From Candidatus Luteimonas excrementigallinarum (lineage in GTDB: Bacteria; Pseudomonadota; Gammaproteobacteria; Xanthomonadales; Xanthomonadaceae): 42,185 bases of DNA. This document shows, in pieces, positions 9,192-17,802 of this stretch. The DNA is taken from NCBI GenBank assembly GCA_019115725.1, contig DXCY01000036.1, positions 1 through 42,185 on the forward strand, given 5' to 3'. Numbering within the stretch: position 1 is the stretch's first letter; the number at the start of each line of letters is the position of its first letter. The notes under the pieces are model-generated. The model was not told where the DNA came from. It did no database searches and worked only from the letters and a program-made list of their open reading frames with translations. The position numbers and the translations under genes are program-made.

Positions 9192-10596
9192 CCGGCTGGC
9201 CGGCCGGCGCGTGGCCCTGTGGGGCTGGGGTCGCGAGGGCCAGGCGGCCCATGCGGCGCTGCGCGAACTGCCGCACGGCCCGCAGGCACTGACCCTGTTC
9301 TGCACGCCTGCCGAAGAGGCGCAGGCGCGTGCGGCTGGCGGACCGGGGCTGGCGGTGGAAACCGGGGTGACGGCCGAGCGTCTGGCCGCGTTCGACCTGG
9401 TGGTGAAGTCTCCCGGCATCAGCGCCTACCGGCCCGAGCTGCTGGAAGCGCAGGCCCGGGGCACGCGCTTTGTCGGCGGCACGGCGCTGTGGTTCGCGGC
9501 GCGGCCGGATGCGCGCACGATCTGTGTCACCGGCACCAAGGGCAAGAGCACCACCAGCGCGCTGTTGGCCCATCTGTTGCGCGCTGGCGGGCTGCGGACG
9601 GCGCTGGCTGGCAATATCGGCATGCCGCTGCTGGAGCTCCTGCATGGCCAGGCGCAGGCCTGGGTGCTGGAGCTGTCGAGTTTCCAGACCGGCGACGTGG
9701 CCGCTTCGGGCGTGCGCCCGGAGGTGGCGGTGGTGACCAACGTGTTCCCCGAGCACCTGGACTGGCACGGCAGCGAAGCCCGCTACGTGGATGACAAGCT
9801 GGCCCTGCTGACCCGCGCGCGGCCGCAGCGGGCGGTGCTCAACGCCGCCGATCCGCGCCTGGCCGGGCTGGAGCTGCCCGACAGCCGGGTGAGCTGGTTC
9901 AACTGCGAGTCCGGCTGGCACCTGCGCGGGCGGGCGATCCATCGCGGCGACGAGGCGGTGCTGGATGCCGGCGACCTGCCGCTGCCGGGCCGCCACAACC
10001 GGGAGAACCTGTGCGCGGCGCTGGCCGCGATCGAGGCGTTCGACCTGGATCCGGTGCCGCTGGCGACACAGGCGGGCAGCTTCATGCCGCTGCCGCATCG
10101 CCTGCAGCCGCTGGGACAGCGTGACGGGATCGCCTGGGTCAATGATTCAATCAGTACCACCCCGGCGGCGAGTCTGGCCGCGCTGGAGGTGTATCGCGAT
10201 GCGCGCGTGGCGATCCTGCTAGGCGGCCATGACCGCGGGCTGGATTGGAGCGGGTTCGCGGAGTCCATCGCGTCTGCGCCGCCGCATGCAGTGGTGACGA
10301 TGGGGGCCAACGGTCCGCGTATCCACGCCCTGCTGGAACCTGTCGCCGCGCGGACCGGCATGCGGCTTGCCGCTGCGTCCGATCTGCCGGGTGCGGTGGA
10401 AACGGCGCGCGGGCTGCTGGCCGGAGGTATTGGCGAGCGCGGGAGCGCAGGCGAGGGTGGCGTGGTGCTGATGTCGCCGGGTGCGCCGAGCTTCGGGCCG
10501 TACCGCGATTACACCTGGCGCGGCCGGCACTTCGCCGAACTTGCCGGCTTCAACCCTGATGCCATCACCGCGATTCCCGGTCTCGGCATCGCTTGA
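9166..10596 (+). CDS. murD2: UDP-MurNAc-L-Ala:L-Glu ligase (MurD2)
   Basis: [24 protein letters not shown]-loop, [32 protein letters not shown]; follows murL. Start placed at GTG 9166 (uncertain). Confidence 0.9.
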   Translation: MNASPPAIDRLAGRRVALWGWGREGQAAHAALRELPHGPQALTLFCTPAEEAQARAAGGPGLAVETGVTAERLAAFDLVVKSPGISAYRPELLEAQARGTRFVGGTALWFAARPDARTICVTGTKGKSTTSALLAHLLRAGGLRTALAGNIGMPLLELLHGQAQAWVLELSSFQTGDVAASGVRPEVAVVTNVFPEHLDWHGSEARYVDDKLALLTRARPQRAVLNAADPRLAGLELPDSRVSWFNCESGWHLRGRAIHRGDEAVLDAGDLPLPGRHNRENLCAALAAIEAFDLDPVPLATQAGSFMPLPHRLQPLGQRDGIAWVNDSISTTPAASLAALEVYRDARVAILLGGHDRGLDWSGFAESIASAPPHAVVTMGANGPRIHALLEPVAARTGMRLAAASDLPGAVETARGLLAGGIGERGSAGEGGVVLMSPGAPSFGPYRDYTWRGRHFAELAGFNPDAITAIPGLGIA

Positions 10597-10628
10597 TCAG
10601 GCCGGCCGCGTGAGGGTCCGGAAGGCAC

Positions 10629-10774
10629 GTCGGGGGCGTAGCCCCGACCTACCGCAGCTGGATTTCGCATGTCGGCACCGCGTAACCGCGTGTCCCCGAC
10701 GGCGGCGGTAAGCGGATATCGCATGTCGGCACCGTGTAACCGTGTGCCCCGCAGGTCGGGGCTACGTCCCCGAC
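10629..10774. repeat. REP/BIME-like intergenic repeat cluster
   Basis: Two inverted copies of G(T/C)AGGTCGGGGCTACG(C/T)CCCCGAC (10629-10652 minus, 10751-10774 plus) flank two ~40-bp imperfect direct repeats GGAT(T/A)TCGCATGTCGGCACCG(C/T)GTAACCG(C/T)GTG starting at 10660 and 10714. Confidence 0.75.
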
Positions 10775-10784
10775 GACCGCTGGA

Positions 10785-11780
10785 TCAATATCCGCGTTCG
10801 ACCGCGTAGCGGGCCAGGCCGCGCAGGGCGGCGACGGCTTCACTCTCGGGCAGGCCGTCGAGGGCGGCTTCTGCTGCTTCAGCGTATTCCACCGCGCGGC
10901 GGTGGCTGTATTCCAGGCTGCCGCAGGCGTGGATGGCGGCCATGACCTCGTCCATCGCGCCGGCATCGCCGGCTTCCACGATTGCCCGCAGCCGCTCGCG
11001 TACCGGGGCATCGGCATGGGCCATGGCGTGGATCAGCGGCAGGGTGGCCTTGCCCTCGGCCAGGTCGTCGCCCAGGTTCTTGCCCAGCGCGGCGCCCTCG
11101 GCCGAATAGTCGAGCATGTCGTCGGCGATCTGGAACGCGTAGCCCAGCTGCAGGCCGTAATCGTGCAGGCGCTGCTGCACCGCCTCATCGGCGCCGGAGG
11201 CCAGCGCGCCCAGACGGGTGCCGGCGGCGAACAGCACCGCGGTCTTGCGCTCGATCACCTGCAGGTAGGCAGCCTCGTCCACGTCCGGGTTGCGCACGTG
11301 CAGCAGCTGCAGCACCTCGCCCTCGGCGATGCGGTTGGTGGCATCGGCCAGGATCCGCATCACCTCCATGCGGTCCAGTTCCACCATCAGCTGGAAGCTG
11401 CGCGAGTACAGGAAGTCGCCAACCAGCACGCTGGCGGCGTTGCCCCAGATCGCGTTGGCGGTGCTGCGCCCGCGGCGCAGGTCCGACTCGTCGATCACGT
11501 CGTCGTGCAGCAGGGTGGAGGTGTGGATGAATTCGATGATCGCCGCCAGCTGGTGGTGCTCGGCGCCGTGGCCGCCGCAGGCGCGCCCGGCCAGGGCCAC
11601 CAGCATCGGCCGCAGGCGCTTGCCGCCAGCGGAGATGATGTGTTCGGCCACCTGGTTGATCAGGACCACATCGGACGCCAGGCGGTGCCGGATCAGGGCA
11701 TCGATGCCGGCCATGTCGGCGGCGGAGAATGCCTGGATGGCGGCGAGGTCGGGGGCGGGGGTGGTATTTGCCTGGGCCAT
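10785..11780 (-). CDS. ispB: Octaprenyl/polyprenyl diphosphate synthase
   Basis: GGKRLRP, FARM LLHDDVIDESDLRRG, GDFLYSRSFQ, KTA, SARM FQIADDMLD, GKNLGDDLAEGKATLP. Confidence 0.93.
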   Translation of the reverse strand: MAQANTTPAPDLAAIQAFSAADMAGIDALIRHRLASDVVLINQVAEHIISAGGKRLRPMLVALAGRACGGHGAEHHQLAAIIEFIHTSTLLHDDVIDESDLRRGRSTANAIWGNAASVLVGDFLYSRSFQLMVELDRMEVMRILADATNRIAEGEVLQLLHVRNPDVDEAAYLQVIERKTAVLFAAGTRLGALASGADEAVQQRLHDYGLQLGYAFQIADDMLDYSAEGAALGKNLGDDLAEGKATLPLIHAMAHADAPVRERLRAIVEAGDAGAMDEVMAAIHACGSLEYSHRRAVEYAEAAEAALDGLPESEAVAALRGLARYAVERGY

Positions 11781-11967
11781 GGATATGCACAAACCGGGGG
11801 AGCGGGGATTATACGGGGCGCAGGGATGCCCGACGCCTCAGCGCGGTGGAGTCTGACCCCGGGGCGGGCGCAGGGCGGGTGACTGGCCCGGAGCCGGTAT
11901 GATCCAATGGTCCCCGAACCCATCGGCCGCGCGCCCTGCGCCGGCCACATCTGCAAGGAAACGATTC

Positions 11968-12501
11968 ATGGCCCGTGGCATCAACAAGGCGATCCTCGTC
12001 GGTAATCTCGGCAACGACCCGGAGGTCCGCTACACCCAGGGGGGCATGGCGATCACCAAGATCAGCCTGGCCACCACCAGCGTGCGCAAGGACCGCGACG
12101 GCAACAACCAGGAACAGACCCAGTGGCACCGGGTGACCTTCTTCGGCAAGCTCGGCGAGATTGCGGCTGAATACCTGCGCAAGGGCTCGCAGGTCTACGT
12201 CGAGGGCGAGATCCGCTACGACAAGTTCACCGGCCAGGACGGGGTGGAGAAGTTCTTCACCGAGATCGTCGCCAACGAGATGCAGATGCTCGGCGGCCGC
12301 GGTGAAGGCGGTGGCGGCGGAGGTGGTGGTGGTCGCGGCGGCTTTGACCGCGGCGGTGGCGGTGGCTTTTCCGGCGGTGGTGGCGGCGGTGGTGGCGGCT
12401 ATGACCGCGGCGGTTCCCGGCCGCAGGGTCAGGGCCAGGGCGCACGCCAGTCCGAGCGTCCGCCGGCGGAGGACTTCTCCGACGACGACATTCCGTTCTA
12501 G
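11968..12501 (+). CDS. ssb: Single-stranded DNA-binding protein
   Basis: MARGINKAILVGNLGNDPE, TQWHRV, YLRKGSQVYVEG, Gly-rich linker, C-terminal DDDIPF. Confidence 0.98.
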   Translation: MARGINKAILVGNLGNDPEVRYTQGGMAITKISLATTSVRKDRDGNNQEQTQWHRVTFFGKLGEIAAEYLRKGSQVYVEGEIRYDKFTGQDGVEKFFTEIVANEMQMLGGRGEGGGGGGGGGRGGFDRGGGGGFSGGGGGGGGGYDRGGSRPQGQGQGARQSERPPAEDFSDDDIPF

Positions 12502-12536
12502 GACGCACCCGTCGGAATCTGGTGGAAAGACGTGAG

Positions 12537-12563
12537 AAAGGCCCCGCGATCGCGGGGCCTTTT
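12537..12563 (+). terminator. Rho-independent terminator after ssb
   Basis: Perfect palindrome aaaggccccgcgatcgcggggccttt followed by T. Confidence 0.85.
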
Positions 12564-12675
12564 CCATGTGCGGGGCCGGATCCGGCAGGCGTATTGCTCC
12601 GCGCGGGGGGCTTGCGCGGGGCGGCCATGGCTGGCATACACTTGCGACCCTCATGCACATGCAAGGAGTTCCGGG

Positions 12676-13173
12676 ATGAAGTTCAAGTCGATCGCGCTGG
12701 TGCTCGCCCTTTCCTCCGCCATCGGCGCGGTGGCGGCCCAGCAGCCGGCTGCCCAGCCGCAGGCCCAGGCGGCGCAGACCCAGCAGCTCACCCCGGAGCA
12801 GCAGGCGCAGCTGGCCCGCCAGGACGCGGAGATGACCAACGCCGCCCAGCAGGTGGTGCAGATGATCGATGCCAACCGGGTCGGCGAGGTGTGGGATCTG
12901 TCCACCAGCGCGGTCAAGCAGATGCTGCCGCGCGAGAGTTTCGTCCAGCAGGTAGGGGCCGATCGCGCCCGTCTCGGGGCGCCGACCCAGCGGGGCCAGG
13001 CAGTGGTCAGCCGCACCCAGTTCCGGGAGGGCGGCGAGGTGCCGGCCGGCCTGTACATCAACATCGCTTTCCCGACCGTGTTCGCCAACAACGCCGAGCC
13101 GGTGCGCGAGCTGGTGTCGTTCCGGCTTGATGAAGACCAGATCTGGCGCGTGTCCGGATACAGCCTGCGCTGA
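12676..13173 (+). CDS. Exported DUF4019-like protein
   Basis: AGGAG RBS, Sec signal MKFKSIALVLALSSAIGAVAA, Gln/Ala-rich linker, PAGLYINIAFPTVFAN...RELVSFRLDEDQIWRVSGY. Confidence 0.75.
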   Translation: MKFKSIALVLALSSAIGAVAAQQPAAQPQAQAAQTQQLTPEQQAQLARQDAEMTNAAQQVVQMIDANRVGEVWDLSTSAVKQMLPRESFVQQVGADRARLGAPTQRGQAVVSRTQFREGGEVPAGLYINIAFPTVFANNAEPVRELVSFRLDEDQIWRVSGYSLR

Positions 13174-13189
13174 TCCGCTCCACCGCAGT

Positions 13190-13229
13190 AACGGAGACGA
13201 CGGGACCCGCACGGGTCCCGTTTCCGTTT
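13190..13229. terminator. Hairpin between convergent genes (probable bidirectional terminator)
   Basis: acgggaccc-gcac-gggtcccgt stem with outer aacgga/tccgtt arms, between stops at 13173 and 13236. Confidence 0.65.
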
Positions 13230-13235
13230 GCGGGC

Positions 13236-15035
13236 TCAGCGGCCTCCCACGCCGCCCCCGCCGCCGCCGCCGCCGGAAAAGCCCCCGCCCCCGCCACCGC
13301 TGCTTCCGCCCCCGAATCCGGAGGAGCTGCCCGGTGGTGACGACGCCGAAGCAATCCGCGCGCCAAGATCCTTCGACAGCGACCGGGTCATGCCGTCCAG
13401 GCCGCTGAAGCCGGCACTGCGGCCGGTGCTGGAGTACCAGCTGATCGATGAGGTAGCCGCCGCGGCGGCGGCTGCGCCTACCGCCAGGGTGAACCGGCGC
13501 GTCCACGCTTCTTCCACGCCCAGTGCCACGGCATAGGGCAGCAGCCGCTCGAACCGGCCCGCGTCCAGTGTCGGCTCGTCATCGCCAGGCGCTTCCAGCT
13601 TCTGCAGGTCCTGCTTCTCGGCCACGGCCAGGTAGCGGCGGAAGCCTTCGATCTCGTCCAGCAGCCCGCGTCCGGCGGGCGTGGGCGCGCCGATCAGGAC
13701 GCCGAAGGTGATGGTGGCCAGCAGCGCTGCGCCGAGCAGCGGGATGGCAAGCACCAGCCCGGAGCCGGTGGCGAAGGCCGTGCCGAGGCTGGCGGCCAGG
13801 GTCAGCACGAAGATCAGGCCAGCCACCGCGAGGCTGCCGCCGTTGCGCCGGTAGAGCGCGGGCACGATGGCGCTGCCCACGCGCTGGCGGTGTGCGGTGA
13901 CCGCCTTGCGGATCACGGTGGCGTTGCTCTGGTCGAGTTCGAGTTCCAGCGCCTTGCCGTCGGCCGGCAGCAGCTGCGCGAGCAGCAGGGCCGGTGCGGA
14001 CTCCGCCTCCAGCGTTGCGGCGCTGGATCCGGGCCGCAGGATCCAGCGGTCCGAAAGGATTCTCCTGGCCTCGCGATGGATGCCCACCGCTCCGTGCACG
14101 GCCGCGGCCAGCAGGTCGGCGCTGAAGGCGGTGTTGTCGTATCCCAGGCGCTGCATGTAGCGCAGTTCCGCCGGTGAATATCCCGCCGGAGGCTCGTAGC
14201 GGACGATGACCGGTCCCGCTCGGGGATCCCGCCCGATTGCCCGCCAGCGCCGGAAACAGAACCCCAGCAGCAGGGCCAGGCCGGCCAGCGCAACGATGCC
14301 GGCGGTGTTGTCCCGCAGCCGCCAGGCCAGGCGTTGGGCCAGGCCGGGCTCGGCCACCACGCCCTTGGGAAAGCCGAACACCAGGGTCAGCCCCTCGCCG
14401 GGCGCCAGCGGCCTGGTGAGCTCCCAGCGGGCGGTGCCGGGTGCGGGCCGGGTGGCGTGGAAGGCCTTGTCGCGGGTGCCGAAGCCGCCGGTGAAGCCGT
14501 CCACCTGCATCTGCGCGACCGGCACCGCGGCCGGCAGGCGCACCGTCACGCTGCCGCGCTCAACCCGCAGGCGCGATCCGGGACCGATGGCGTTGAAATA
14601 CAGTTCGTCGTGATTCTCGAAGAAGCCCAGCTGGCGGTTGGTACGCATATGCAGCGTATAGACGTGTCCGGCGGGTACCGGGAGGAACTGATCATTGCCG
14701 GTGTTGACCACCACCCCGTTGCCGGCCCGTTCGGTGAACCAGGGTTCGGGACGGCCGTTGCGCAGCACCTCTTCGACGCTGAAGTCCACGCGCACCCGGT
14801 CGCCGAAGCGGTCGCGGTAGCGGGTGGGGAAGTCGCGCACGATCCCGCGCCTGATCTGGCGGCCCTCGGCCCACACCGAGATCCGCTCGCTGATGTCCAG
14901 GCTGCCGTCGGTCTGGATGGTGATCTCGACGTCGTAGTCGAGGATGCGTTCGCCGCGCTCCCGGGCGTGGCCGGGAAGAGCGCAGGCAAGCGCCAATGCC
15001 AGCGCCAGCGCCAGCAGCACCAGTGCGCGGCTCAC
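13236..15035 (-). CDS. DUF2207 family membrane protein
   Basis: Signal peptide, ERILDYDVEITIQTDGSL, RGIVRDFP, YEPP, EIEGFRRYL, LLPYAVALGVEEAW, Gly-rich tail ending GGGGGGGVGGR; GTGA-coupled to lemA. Confidence 0.85.
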   Translation of the reverse strand: MSRALVLLALALALALACALPGHARERGERILDYDVEITIQTDGSLDISERISVWAEGRQIRRGIVRDFPTRYRDRFGDRVRVDFSVEEVLRNGRPEPWFTERAGNGVVVNTGNDQFLPVPAGHVYTLHMRTNRQLGFFENHDELYFNAIGPGSRLRVERGSVTVRLPAAVPVAQMQVDGFTGGFGTRDKAFHATRPAPGTARWELTRPLAPGEGLTLVFGFPKGVVAEPGLAQRLAWRLRDNTAGIVALAGLALLLGFCFRRWRAIGRDPRAGPVIVRYEPPAGYSPAELRYMQRLGYDNTAFSADLLAAAVHGAVGIHREARRILSDRWILRPGSSAATLEAESAPALLLAQLLPADGKALELELDQSNATVIRKAVTAHRQRVGSAIVPALYRRNGGSLAVAGLIFVLTLAASLGTAFATGSGLVLAIPLLGAALLATITFGVLIGAPTPAGRGLLDEIEGFRRYLAVAEKQDLQKLEAPGDDEPTLDAGRFERLLPYAVALGVEEAWTRRFTLAVGAAAAAAATSSISWYSSTGRSAGFSGLDGMTRSLSKDLGARIASASSPPGSSSGFGGGSSGGGGGGFSGGGGGGGGVGGR

Positions 15036-15583
15036 CGGTGCAGCTCCACTGCCGGTGCGGCGCGTTCGGCCTCGCCGGCCTGGAAGAACTCAGCGCCGTG
15101 GAATCCGAAGGCGCGCGCCACCGCCACGTCCGGGATCCTTTGGGTGGCATCGTTGTAGTCGCGCACCGCGCCGTTGTAGAAGCGCCGCGCGTACTGCAGG
15201 TGTTCTTCCACGGCCACCAGGTCCTCCTGCAGGCGCAGGAAGCCCGCGCTGGCCTTGAGGTCGGGGTAGGCCTCCTGCAGGGCGAACAGCCGGCCCAGTG
15301 CCTGTTCCAGCTCCGTTTCCACCTCGCCGAGCCGGTGCGGTCCCGGTCCGGCCAGCGCCTGGGCGCGCAGGCGGGTCACCGCCTCCAGCACCGCGGCCTC
15401 GTGGCCGGCATAGGCGCGTACCGCCGAGACCAGCTGCGGCACCAGATCGTGGCGCCGGGTGAGCTGCACGTCGATATCGGCCCAGGCAGTGCGCACCTGG
15501 TTACGCAGCCGCACCAGGCGGTTATAGGCGAATACCGCCCAGGCGAGCACCGCCAGTATCAGCACCACGATCGCGATCATCAC
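15032..15583 (-). CDS. lemA: LemA family protein
   Basis: N-terminal TM, YNRLVRLRN, WADIDVQLTRRHDLVPQLV, EAYPDLKAS, ARRFYNGAVRDYN. Confidence 0.93.
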   Translation of the reverse strand: MMIAIVVLILAVLAWAVFAYNRLVRLRNQVRTAWADIDVQLTRRHDLVPQLVSAVRAYAGHEAAVLEAVTRLRAQALAGPGPHRLGEVETELEQALGRLFALQEAYPDLKASAGFLRLQEDLVAVEEHLQYARRFYNGAVRDYNDATQRIPDVAVARAFGFHGAEFFQAGEAERAAPAVELHR

Positions 15584-15766
15584 CCACTCCCTGTCCGGAC
15601 CTGGAACGATAGCGGGAATGCGCCCGGCGCCTCCCCCGGCCGACGATAGCGCAAGGCCTCCCGGACGGCGTGCCGGCCGCGTTCCCGGTCACGGAATTGC
15701 CGCGGCCGCGTTTGTTTTTCCCGCCCGCGCCCCCATATGGAAGCCAGCGTTTATCTGGAATCCCCC

Positions 15767-16807
15767 ATGCAGCCGCCCGGTTATCCCGCCAATGAAGCCG
15801 AGCGCCTGGCCGCCCTGGCCAGCGCGCAGATCCTCGACACCCCGGAGGACGAGGCCTTCAACGATCTCATCCGCATCGCGGCGGCGATCTGCCGCGTGCC
15901 GATGGCGATGGTGAGCCTGGTGGACGCGGAGCGGCAGTGGCTGAAGGCGCGGATCGGCATCGGCGTGGAGGAAACCACCCGTGACGAGTCCTTCTGTGCC
16001 CACGCGATCCTCGAGCCCGACCGGACCATGATTGTGGAAGATGCGCTGGAGGATCCGCGTTTCCGCGCCAACCTCTTCGTCCAGGGCGCGGCGGGGATCC
16101 GGTTCTACGCCGGTGCGCCGCTGCTGGACCGGCAGGGCCTGCCGCTGGGCAGTTTCTGCGTGATGGACCATGCTCCGCGCCGACTCGAGCCGGAACAGCT
16201 GCGGGCGCTGGAAGCGCTGTCGCGGCAGGCGTCCAACCTGATCGAGCTGCGCCGGCTGTCGATCGAGCTCCGGCACCACCTGGTCGAGCGGGAGTGGTAC
16301 GAGCAGCAGTTGCGGGAGCAGAACGCCGACCTGGCCGAGATGACCCGGACCGATCCGCTGACCGGCCTGCACAACCGGCGTGCGTTCTCCCAGGCGCTGG
16401 AGGAGGTGGCCGCCACCGGCCAGCGCTACGCGGTGGCGGTATGCGATATCGACGAATTCAAGACCATCAACGACCTGCACGGCCATGCCGAGGGCGACCG
16501 GGTGCTGCGCGAGGTGGCCGATGTGCTGCGCGCCCAGCATGCGGCGCGCGGGCGGCTGGCGCGCTATGGCGGCGAAGAGTTCGTGCTGCTGTTTCCCGGC
16601 ATCGGTACCGACGAGGCAGTGCTGCAGTGCGAATACCTGCGCCAGGCCATCGCCGGCCTGCCCACTGGCGTGCCGGTGACGGTGAGCATCGGCGTGGCCG
16701 CGGGCGGCCCGGGCATCCGTCCCGAGCAGGCACTGGAGCGTGCCGATGAAGCGCTGTACGCGGCCAAACGCGGCGGGCGGAACCGTGTGGTGGCCAGCGG
16801 CGCCTGA
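15767..16807 (+). CDS. GAF-domain diguanylate cyclase
   Basis: EAERLAAL...ILDTPEDEAF, SFCAHAI, RFYAGAPL (GAF); TDPLTGLHNRR, DIDEFKTINDLHGHAEGD, RYGGEEF, ADEALYAAKRGGRNRV. Start at 15767 or 15737. Confidence 0.92.
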   Translation: MQPPGYPANEAERLAALASAQILDTPEDEAFNDLIRIAAAICRVPMAMVSLVDAERQWLKARIGIGVEETTRDESFCAHAILEPDRTMIVEDALEDPRFRANLFVQGAAGIRFYAGAPLLDRQGLPLGSFCVMDHAPRRLEPEQLRALEALSRQASNLIELRRLSIELRHHLVEREWYEQQLREQNADLAEMTRTDPLTGLHNRRAFSQALEEVAATGQRYAVAVCDIDEFKTINDLHGHAEGDRVLREVADVLRAQHAARGRLARYGGEEFVLLFPGIGTDEAVLQCEYLRQAIAGLPTGVPVTVSIGVAAGGPGIRPEQALERADEALYAAKRGGRNRVVASGA

Positions 16808-16884
16808 CGCAAGCGCCAACCGCCAACCGCCGTAAAGCAGATTAAGCTTGTCCTGCGCTGTCCGCGCCTTTTCGGAACTCCCCC

Positions 16885-17778
16885 ATGCAGACCCCTGACT
16901 CTTCCTGCCTGCAGCTGCAGGCGGGCCATGCGCGTGACTGGCAGACACCGGTGGAACTGGCCCTGCTCGGCGCGATCTGGGGCGCCTCGTTCCTGTTCAT
17001 GCGGGTGGCTGCGAACGATTTCGGGCCGGTGCCGCTGGTCGAGCTCCGCCTGGGGCTGGGCGCGCTGGTGCTGCTGCCGTTCCTGTGGCGGGCGCGGGCC
17101 CTGTTTCCGCCGCGCGCGTGGCCGAAGCTGGCGCTGATCGGCCTGGTCAATTCGGCGCTTCCGTTCCTGCTGTTTGCCTGGGCGGCGCAGCGCGCACCGG
17201 CCGGCATCGGCGCGATCGCCAACGCCATGACCGTGCTGTTCACTGCGCTGGTGGGGCACCTGTTCTTCGGCGAGCGCATTGGCGGCCGGCGTGCGCTGGC
17301 GCTGATGGCGGGATTTGCCGGGGTGGTGGTGCTGGCCAGCGGCAAGGTGGCCGGCATGAGCGTGGGCTGGGCGGTGGTGGCCGGGGCCACGGCCTCGCTG
17401 CTGTACGGCTTCGGCATCAATCTGGTGCGCCGCCACCTGACCGGTCTGCCGGCGGCGGCGGTGGCCGCGGCAACGCTTGGCAGCGGCGCGGTACTGCTGG
17501 CCCCGCTGGCGGTGGCCAGCTGGCCGTCGCAGCCGGTGCCGGCCGCGTCGTGGCTGTCGGCGGCGATGCTGGGGGTGCTGTGCACCGGCATCGCCTTCGT
17601 CATGTCCTACCGGCTGATTGCCCGTATCGGCGCCAGCCGCGCCTCCACCGTGACCTATCTGATCCCGCTGTTCGGCGTGGCCTGGGCCTGGCTGCTGCTG
17701 GACGAGCCGCTGACCTGGACCATGGCCCTGGCCGGCGTGATCATCCTTGGCAGCGTGGCCTTCAGCCAGCGGCGCTGA
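16885..17778 (+). CDS. DMT/EamA family transporter
   Basis: IWGASFLFMR, multiple hydrophobic segments, TVTYLIPLFGVAWAWLLLDE. Confidence 0.9.
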   Translation: MQTPDSSCLQLQAGHARDWQTPVELALLGAIWGASFLFMRVAANDFGPVPLVELRLGLGALVLLPFLWRARALFPPRAWPKLALIGLVNSALPFLLFAWAAQRAPAGIGAIANAMTVLFTALVGHLFFGERIGGRRALALMAGFAGVVVLASGKVAGMSVGWAVVAGATASLLYGFGINLVRRHLTGLPAAAVAAATLGSGAVLLAPLAVASWPSQPVPAASWLSAAMLGVLCTGIAFVMSYRLIARIGASRASTVTYLIPLFGVAWAWLLLDEPLTWTMALAGVIILGSVAFSQRR

Positions 17779-17802
17779 GCGCCGCCGGCCCTGACCCCGG
17801 CG

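Noticed and set aside
10629-10774. Mini CRISPR array
   Set aside because: Only two imperfect direct repeats separated by ~14 bp, no spacer-length unique sequence, no cas genes; REP-like instead.
12300-12415. GGN-rich tract as a tandem repeat or G-quadruplex element (also 13245-13330)
   Set aside because: Explained by the Gly-rich SSB linker and the Gly-rich DUF2207 tail.
15686-15701. Sigma54-like GG-N10-GC upstream of the diguanylate cyclase
   Set aside because: Spacing fits but the -24 element is a poor match; not supportable in GC-rich DNA.
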